Shown: one piece after another, positions 26,866-32,377 of the stretch
How the letters are laid out: each line of letters opens with the position of its first letter
Position numbering within the stretch: position 1 is the stretch's first letter
Source of the DNA: Chloroflexota bacterium
Lineage (GTDB): Bacteria > Chloroflexota > Chloroflexia > QHBQ01
Direction of reading: 5' to 3'
NCBI GenBank assembly: GCA_043754535.1
Contig: JAYUUN010000085.1
Coordinates: 1 to 32,377, forward strand
Length of the DNA: 32,377 bases
Translations under genes and position numbers: made by a program
The notes under the pieces: generated by a model
Databases searched by the model: none
Seen by the model: the letters and a program-made list of their open reading frames with translations, nothing else
What the model was told of the DNA's origin: nothing

Positions 26866-28422
26866 TTGAGCAGCACGCCCCGCCCGGATCGCACGGTCGT
26901 CATCCTGGACTATGGTTCGCAGTACAGCCAGTTGATCGCCCGTCGCGTGCGTGAGCAGCGCATCTACTGCGAACTGCTGCCCTACGATGCACCTGCGGAG
27001 CAAGTCGCTGCCCTACACCCCTCTGCCTTCATCCTTAGCGGCAGCCCCTACAGTGCCTACGACGAGGGCGCGCCAACCCTGCCTGCCTACCTGCGCGAGA
27101 CGGCATTGCCAGTGCTGGCTATCTGCTATGGGATGCAGTTGCTGACCCTGGCCCATGGTGGTGAAGTGGTCGCCAGCAAGAAGAAGGAGTACGGCCCGGC
27201 TACCGTCACCATCGCGCAAGCCGATGCGCCGATCTTCGCAGGGCTGCCCGCCAGCTTCCCGGTCTGGATGAGCCACGGGGATGCCGTGCAAACCGCCCCC
27301 CCTGGCTGGCACACGCTGGCGAACAGCGGCAGCCACCCCGCCGCGATCAGTAGCCCAGATGGGCGCGAGGTCTGCCTTCAGTTTCACCCCGAAGTAGTCC
27401 ACACCCCCCTGGGCCGCGACATCCTCCGCAACTTCCTCTACAATGTGGCTGGCTTGAACGCGAACTGGACGGCGGGCGCGTTCATCGAGCAGGCGGTGGC
27501 GGCGATCCGCGAACAGGTGGGGGCAGGGCAGGTACTCTGCGGCTTGAGCGGCGGCGTGGACTCCGGGGTGGCTGCTGCCCTGCTGCACAAGGCGATTGGC
27601 GCGCAGCTAACCTGCGTCTTCGTGGACAATGGCTTGCTGCGGGCAGGCGAACGCGAGCAGGTGGAGGAGACCTTCAGCCGCGCCCTCGGCCTCAAGCTGG
27701 TCGTGGTAGACGCAGCCGACCGCTTCCTCGCCAGACTGGCGGGGGTGACCGATCCGGAGGAGAAGCGCAAGCGGATCGGCACTGAGTTCGTGCGCGTCTT
27801 TGAGGACGCAGTGGCGGGCGCGGGCGACTTCGCTTTTCTGGCCCAGGGGACGCTCTACCCCGACGTGATAGAGTCAGCCCACCCAGAGCGCAAGGCGGCG
27901 GCCCGGATCAAGACCCACCACAACGTGGGCGGCCTGCCAGCCGACATGAAGTTCAAGCTGGTCGAGCCGCTGCGCTACCTGTTCAAGGACGAGGTGCGCG
28001 AGGTAGGCGCAGCCCTCGGCCTGCCCAGCGATCTAGTCTGGCGGCAGCCGTTCCCCGGCCCCGGCCTGGCGGTGCGCGTGATCGGCGAGGTTAACAAGCC
28101 GTCGTTGGACACCCTGCGCCTGGCTGACAGCATCGTGCGCGACGAGGTGAAGCAGGCGGGGCTGGAGCGCGAGATTTGGCAGTACTTCGCCGTCCTTACC
28201 CCCTTGCAGAGCGTGGGCGTGATGGGCGACGGGCGCACCTACGCCAACCTGGTGGCGATCCGAGCAATCACTTCGCAGGACGGCATGACCGCAGACTGGG
28301 CGCGCCTACCCTATGACCTGCTGGCCTGCATCAGCAACCGCATCGTCAACGAGGTGGCGGGCGTAAACCGCGTGGTCTACGACATCACCAGCAAGCCGCC
28401 CGCAACGATTGAATGGGAGTAG
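26866..28422 (+). CDS. guaA: GMP synthase (glutamine-hydrolysing)
   Basis: [69 protein letters not shown] start after AAGGAGA. Confidence 0.97.
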   Translation: MSSTPRPDRTVVILDYGSQYSQLIARRVREQRIYCELLPYDAPAEQVAALHPSAFILSGSPYSAYDEGAPTLPAYLRETALPVLAICYGMQLLTLAHGGEVVASKKKEYGPATVTIAQADAPIFAGLPASFPVWMSHGDAVQTAPPGWHTLANSGSHPAAISSPDGREVCLQFHPEVVHTPLGRDILRNFLYNVAGLNANWTAGAFIEQAVAAIREQVGAGQVLCGLSGGVDSGVAAALLHKAIGAQLTCVFVDNGLLRAGEREQVEETFSRALGLKLVVVDAADRFLARLAGVTDPEEKRKRIGTEFVRVFEDAVAGAGDFAFLAQGTLYPDVIESAHPERKAAARIKTHHNVGGLPADMKFKLVEPLRYLFKDEVREVGAALGLPSDLVWRQPFPGPGLAVRVIGEVNKPSLDTLRLADSIVRDEVKQAGLEREIWQYFAVLTPLQSVGVMGDGRTYANLVAIRAITSQDGMTADWARLPYDLLACISNRIVNEVAGVNRVVYDITSKPPATIEWE

Positions 28423-28506
28423 GCGGTGTGGATTGACAACAAATGGCGCAGAGATGATAGCTACAACTTCCACTTTCTACTTTTAACCACGACCGAGGGA
28501 TAGCCT

Positions 28507-30609
28507 GTGAAAGACGTACTGGTGATCGGCAGCGGCGGGCGCGAACACGCTCTGGCCTGGAAGTTCCTGCTCAGTCCGCAGGTAGATCGCGTCTATGTTG
28601 CCCCCGGCAATGCGGGCGTAGACCTGATCGGCTACAAGGCTCCGCACAACCCGATCACGGAGACCGAGATCAACCTGCTGCTCAACTGGATGCTGAACCT
28701 GAAACGCGAGTTCGGCCTGACTTGGGTTGGCCCCGAACTGCCACTCAGTGTGGGCATCGTGGATAGCTGCCACTGGTTCAACTTCCCAGTAGTTGGCCCT
28801 ACCCAGGCGGCAGCACGGATCGAGACTAGCAAAGTCTGGGCGAAGGAGTTCATGCGGCGGCACAACATCCCCACCGCCCCCGCCATTGCCTTCGAGACGG
28901 TCACCGACCTACGCGCCCACCTGCTAGCCGAGCAGACCAGCTTCCCCCTGGTGGTCAAGGAGGATGGGCTGGCGGCGGGCAAGGGCGTGACCATCCTGCA
29001 AAACCGCACCGAGGCGGTCACCTGGCTGGCTCGGCTGACGAACGTGACGGTGGAGGCGATGTTGGCCGCCGACTTCCAGCCCACTGCTGTCTCCACCAGC
29101 AGCGTCGGCAACGAGCAGCAGCCCAGCAGCCCACCGCCAACCAGCAGGGATGATATGGATGAAGATGCTTTGGCCTTTGCCATTGCCAGCGGCATGAGCG
29201 CGGCCCAGGTGGAAGCAGTCTTGCGTGGCGAGACCCTGACCGCCAGCCAGTTGAGCAGGACAGCCCCGCCCAACCGCCCCTTGCCACCACCTGCACAAGA
29301 GCAGGCGCAACCCGACACCGAGGAGGAGCCAGAGTTTGTCCTGCGCCACCGCCTTTCGCAGCAGGATTTGCTCAGCCGCGAGGGGCGGCGTATCCTGGTC
29401 GAGCAGTTCTTGCAGGGCCGCGAGGTGACGGTGATGGTCTTTACCGACGGTAAGACTATCGTCCCTATGCCGGTTGTCTGCGACTACAAGCGGCTGCTAG
29501 ACGGTGACCGGGGGCCGATGACGGGCAGCATGGGGGCGTACAGCCCGCCTGGTTTCCTGCCACCTGGTTTCCGCGACCACGTGTTGGCGACGATCATCGA
29601 GCCAGCAGTGCGCGGGCTGGCCGCCGAGGGTATGCCCTTCAAGGGGGTACTCTACGCTGGGCTGATCCTTACCGCTGAGGGGCCGCAAGTACTTGAGTTC
29701 AACGCCCGCTTTGGCGACCCGGAGGCGCAGGTCGTCCTCCCCCTCTTGGAGAGCGACCTCTACGAGATCGGCAGCGCGATTGTCGAGGAGCGGCTAGACC
29801 AGATCGAGGTTAAGTGGGCGGACAAAGCCTCCTGCTGCGTGGTCGTTGCCAGTGCTGGCTATCCAGAGCAGCCAGAAAGCGGCCAACTGATCCGCGGCAT
29901 GGATCAGATCACCCCAGAGGTGCTGGTCTTCCACGCTGGCACACGGGGCAGCAAGGTGATGAGCGACGTAGCGCGGGCGGCGGGCGGCGGGGAGATGGTA
30001 GAGCGGCGGCCTGTCAAGCAGACCAGTTGGCGCGACTTCCTGGGTCGCATCGAGTTGCGCGCCCCCGGCTTTGGCAACCGCGAGCAGAAGCAGGAGTTGC
30101 AGGAGATCGCCAGTGGTGGCGAACTTGAACTACGTACCAACGGCGGGCGCGTCCTCAGCCTGGTCGCTACTGCCCCCACCCTGGCCGAGGCGCGGGCAAA
30201 GGTCTATCACGATCTTAGCTACATCAACTTCCCTGGGATGCAGTATCGCACCGACATTGCCCTGCGCGAAGAATACCCCAGTGAGGCCGCCATGCAGCAG
30301 ACCACCAGCCCAGCCAAATCCACCGCCGCACAGCCCAGCCCTGACCAACCCACTGGCAGCGAGCCAACCACCGAGGAGATCAGCGACCTGCTGGGTGACG
30401 ACCCAACCGCCAACATGAGCCAGCCAGACGAAGCAACCGCTACCCTCGGTCAGCCCAACGAGAGTCCGTCCGTCACCCTGGCGAGGGCGGGGGCCGCCGA
30501 CCTCACCGGCGAAGCGAACACCAGCGCGTGGCAGGAAGCAGTTGGCTGGCAGGCCGCAGGTGGCACGCCAGCAGTGGAGAGCAAGCAAGAGAGCGATCAA
30601 GAGCGGTAA
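28507..30609 (+). CDS. purD: Phosphoribosylamine--glycine ligase with large insertions
   Basis: GSGGREHALAWK, APGNAG, VGPE.PL, IETSK..AKEFM, DGLAAGKGV, EFNARFGDPE, GYP, VFHAGT, TNGGRVL, YRTDIA. Confidence 0.92.
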   Translation: MKDVLVIGSGGREHALAWKFLLSPQVDRVYVAPGNAGVDLIGYKAPHNPITETEINLLLNWMLNLKREFGLTWVGPELPLSVGIVDSCHWFNFPVVGPTQAAARIETSKVWAKEFMRRHNIPTAPAIAFETVTDLRAHLLAEQTSFPLVVKEDGLAAGKGVTILQNRTEAVTWLARLTNVTVEAMLAADFQPTAVSTSSVGNEQQPSSPPPTSRDDMDEDALAFAIASGMSAAQVEAVLRGETLTASQLSRTAPPNRPLPPPAQEQAQPDTEEEPEFVLRHRLSQQDLLSREGRRILVEQFLQGREVTVMVFTDGKTIVPMPVVCDYKRLLDGDRGPMTGSMGAYSPPGFLPPGFRDHVLATIIEPAVRGLAAEGMPFKGVLYAGLILTAEGPQVLEFNARFGDPEAQVVLPLLESDLYEIGSAIVEERLDQIEVKWADKASCCVVVASAGYPEQPESGQLIRGMDQITPEVLVFHAGTRGSKVMSDVARAAGGGEMVERRPVKQTSWRDFLGRIELRAPGFGNREQKQELQEIASGGELELRTNGGRVLSLVATAPTLAEARAKVYHDLSYINFPGMQYRTDIALREEYPSEAAMQQTTSPAKSTAAQPSPDQPTGSEPTTEEISDLLGDDPTANMSQPDEATATLGQPNESPSVTLARAGAADLTGEANTSAWQEAVGWQAAGGTPAVESKQESDQER

Positions 30610-30641
30610 GCAGCAAGCAGCACTGGGCGGCGAACCACCCT

Positions 30642-31196
30642 CTAGCGGCCTGACAGGTGCTTGTAGAGCAAGATACCGCTGATCGTCTTGGCATCCTCGA
30701 TCTCGCCCGACTCGATCAGCAGCAGAGCTTCGTCCAGCGTAACGGGGACAGCTTCGATGATCTCGTCTTCCTCCGGCTGGCTGCTGCTAGCTTGCAGATC
30801 GCTTGCCAGATAGAGGTCTATGTACTCGGTGGAGTAGCCGGGGGCAAGGTAGAAGCCGCCCAGCCGATCAATGCGGTTGGGGTGGTAGCCAGTCTCCTCC
30901 TCGACCTCGCGGATGGCGCAGGCTTCAGCGGACTCGTCCGGCTCACGGGTGCCAGCCGGTATCTCCAAGATGCTGCGCCCAGTCGCAGTGCGCCACTGGC
31001 GGATCAGCAGCAGCTTGCCCAGGCTGTCGGTGACGACCATAGCCACCGCCCCTGGGTGCTGCACAATCTCGCGCACGGTCTGGTGGCCGCTCCGCAGGCG
31101 CACGTCGCGCACTTCGATGGTCAGCAGCTTGCCCTTGAAGGCGATCTGGCTACCCGTTATTTCTTCGGCAGCGGGGGAGTGGTCATTGGTTGGCAT
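30642..31196 (-). CDS. nudF: Nudix hydrolase, ADP-ribose pyrophosphatase-like
   Basis: REIVQHPGAV, EIPAG....E....CAIREVEEETG Nudix box, FY.APG.S.E, IEDAKT. Confidence 0.9.
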   Translation of the reverse strand: MPTNDHSPAAEEITGSQIAFKGKLLTIEVRDVRLRSGHQTVREIVQHPGAVAMVVTDSLGKLLLIRQWRTATGRSILEIPAGTREPDESAEACAIREVEEETGYHPNRIDRLGGFYLAPGYSTEYIDLYLASDLQASSSQPEEDEIIEAVPVTLDEALLLIESGEIEDAKTISGILLYKHLSGR

Positions 31197-31695
31197 TGTC
31201 AATCTCCAGCCACGCCTTCAGGTCGGGCGTAAGCTCCGCGTAATGCTTGTAGGTGCTGTAGGGGATGATGTTGATCAGCGGACGACCAACACCCCAGGGG
31301 TCGGTAGCCGCCAGTTCCGCATCGCTCAACTGCTCGATTGCGGCCCGCAAGTCGTGGTAGACGCGCTCCGCGTCGGCCTGGATGTCTGCCAGCGGGCGGT
31401 TACGGTTGCGCTGGTAGTATATGGCGTTGCGCTTGTGCGTGTCGCCCATCTCTGGGTTGTGGTCGTCGGGGCTGGGCGGCAGTGTCTCACCGTGCAGCTT
31501 CCGCAACTCCCTTGCCAGCCAGCGTTCCGACTCGACGACGTGGGCGATCACATCTTTGACCGACCAGGCACCTCCCCCAGCGGGGCCAGGGGTCTCCTTT
31601 CGGGCTGGCGGCACGGTCAGCAGGAGCGTCTCCCACTGCGTCCGCCCTTCGCGTATCTTCGCTAGTAGATCGGCTTTGTTGAGGGGTGAGTCCAT
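31183..31695 (-). CDS. DinB/ClbS-DfsB-like four-helix bundle protein
   Basis: WSVKDVIAHV..ER and a C-terminal TY.HYAE pattern. Confidence 0.75.
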   Translation of the reverse strand: MDSPLNKADLLAKIREGRTQWETLLLTVPPARKETPGPAGGGAWSVKDVIAHVVESERWLARELRKLHGETLPPSPDDHNPEMGDTHKRNAIYYQRNRNRPLADIQADAERVYHDLRAAIEQLSDAELAATDPWGVGRPLINIIPYSTYKHYAELTPDLKAWLEIDNANQ

Positions 31696-31706
31696 AGCAA
31701 ACCCCT

Positions 31707-32377
31707 CTATTCCAGACCTGCGCCCTGCACCAGACTGAGCAGCAACTTTGCGGCCAGGGTCAGGTCGGCGATCTTGATGTACTCGTGGGTGGTGTGGATG
31801 TCGTAGGGGCCAGCACTGAGGTTGACCGCGTGCAAGCCGTGACCGCGAAAAACGTTCACATCGCTGCCGCCACCGCTGCGTTCGAGGATTGGTTTGATGC
31901 CAATTGATTGCATGGCCCTGATCACGCGGCTCAACATCGGGTCGCTCTCGTCCAGCTTGTAGCCGTAGAACTCGCGCTGCACGGTGATGTCCGCGTGGAT
32001 GCCCCGCGTGTCTACCGCATGGCGGATCGCTTGGCGCATCTGCTCGGTCTGCGCTTCCAGCTTGCTCTCTACCAGGCTGCGCGCCTCACCGATCATCTCT
32101 ACCTTGTCGGGGATGATGTTGCTGGCCCGCCCACCGCTGATCACTCCGATGTTGGCGGTCGTCTCCTCGTCAATGCGACCGAGCGGCATATGAATGATCG
32201 CCTCGGCAGCTGCGATGATCGCGCTTACCCCCTCCTCTGGCGCAACTCCAGCGTGGGCCGCAACCCCGTGGATGGTAGTATTGACAGAGTTGAAGAAGGG
32301 GGCGGCACTGACGACCGAACCGATTGGCCCATGCGAGTCCATGGCGATCACGTTCTTCGCCGTTACCTTGCTGTAGT
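31707..32377 (-). CDS. M20 family metallopeptidase (peptidase T-like), C-terminal part; runs off window end
   Basis: HG.AAHAGVAPEEGVSAI, GRIDEETTANIG.I.GG.A.NI, GEARS, SGGGSD.N, IHTTHE. Frame stays open to the window edge. Confidence 0.92.
   Translation of the reverse strand, partial: YSKVTAKNVIAMDSHGPIGSVVSAAPFFNSVNTTIHGVAAHAGVAPEEGVSAIIAAAEAIIHMPLGRIDEETTANIGVISGGRASNIIPDKVEMIGEARSLVESKLEAQTEQMRQAIRHAVDTRGIHADITVQREFYGYKLDESDPMLSRVIRAMQSIGIKPILERSGGGSDVNVFRGHGLHAVNLSAGPYDIHTTHEYIKIADLTLAAKLLLSLVQGAGLE

Noticed and set aside
28423..28506. Purine riboswitch or promoter before purD
   Set aside because: Only 84 bp with no aptamer-like pattern. TTGACA at 28433 has no acceptable -10 at 16-18 bp.
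29040..30129. Inteins as the explanation for the PurD insertions
   Set aside because: No terminal His-Asn followed by Cys/Ser/Thr and no intein blocks. The inserts are low-complexity or too short.
1..32377. CRISPR arrays, tRNA/rRNA genes, DGR or retron components
   Set aside because: Intergenic gaps are short, and no spaced direct repeats or reverse transcriptase were found.

Overview
A roughly 60% GC (by eye) bacterial chromosome segment, most likely Chloroflexota. That is inferred from the lineage-typical 'ETGH...YW..HGGL..FGYP' secreted-protein repeats, the mreB N-terminus and an LCP+LytR_C protein. Core genes are mreBCD-mrdA, pyrK/pyrD, gdh, gatB, prs, rnc, guaA, purD, a nudF-like Nudix, an LCP transferase and an M20 peptidase. 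The main oddities are: (1) an apparent operon led by a DUF4388/MshEN-like/wHTH/Roadblock(MglB-like) fusion protein, in which pyrK and pyrD are split by three tandem TMEM175-family channel genes, a methyltransferase and an internally deleted copy of it; (2) a HEPN gene paired with a double-domain MNT; (3) a chimeric secreted beta-propeller gene split by one in-frame TAG; (4) a PBP2 with apparently nested copies of its head subdomain; (5) a PurD with about 280 extra residues; (6) repeated local tandem duplication (3x GNAT, 2x hydrolase). No tRNA, rRNA, CRISPR array or transposase was recognised. All family calls are by motif recognition, not database search.
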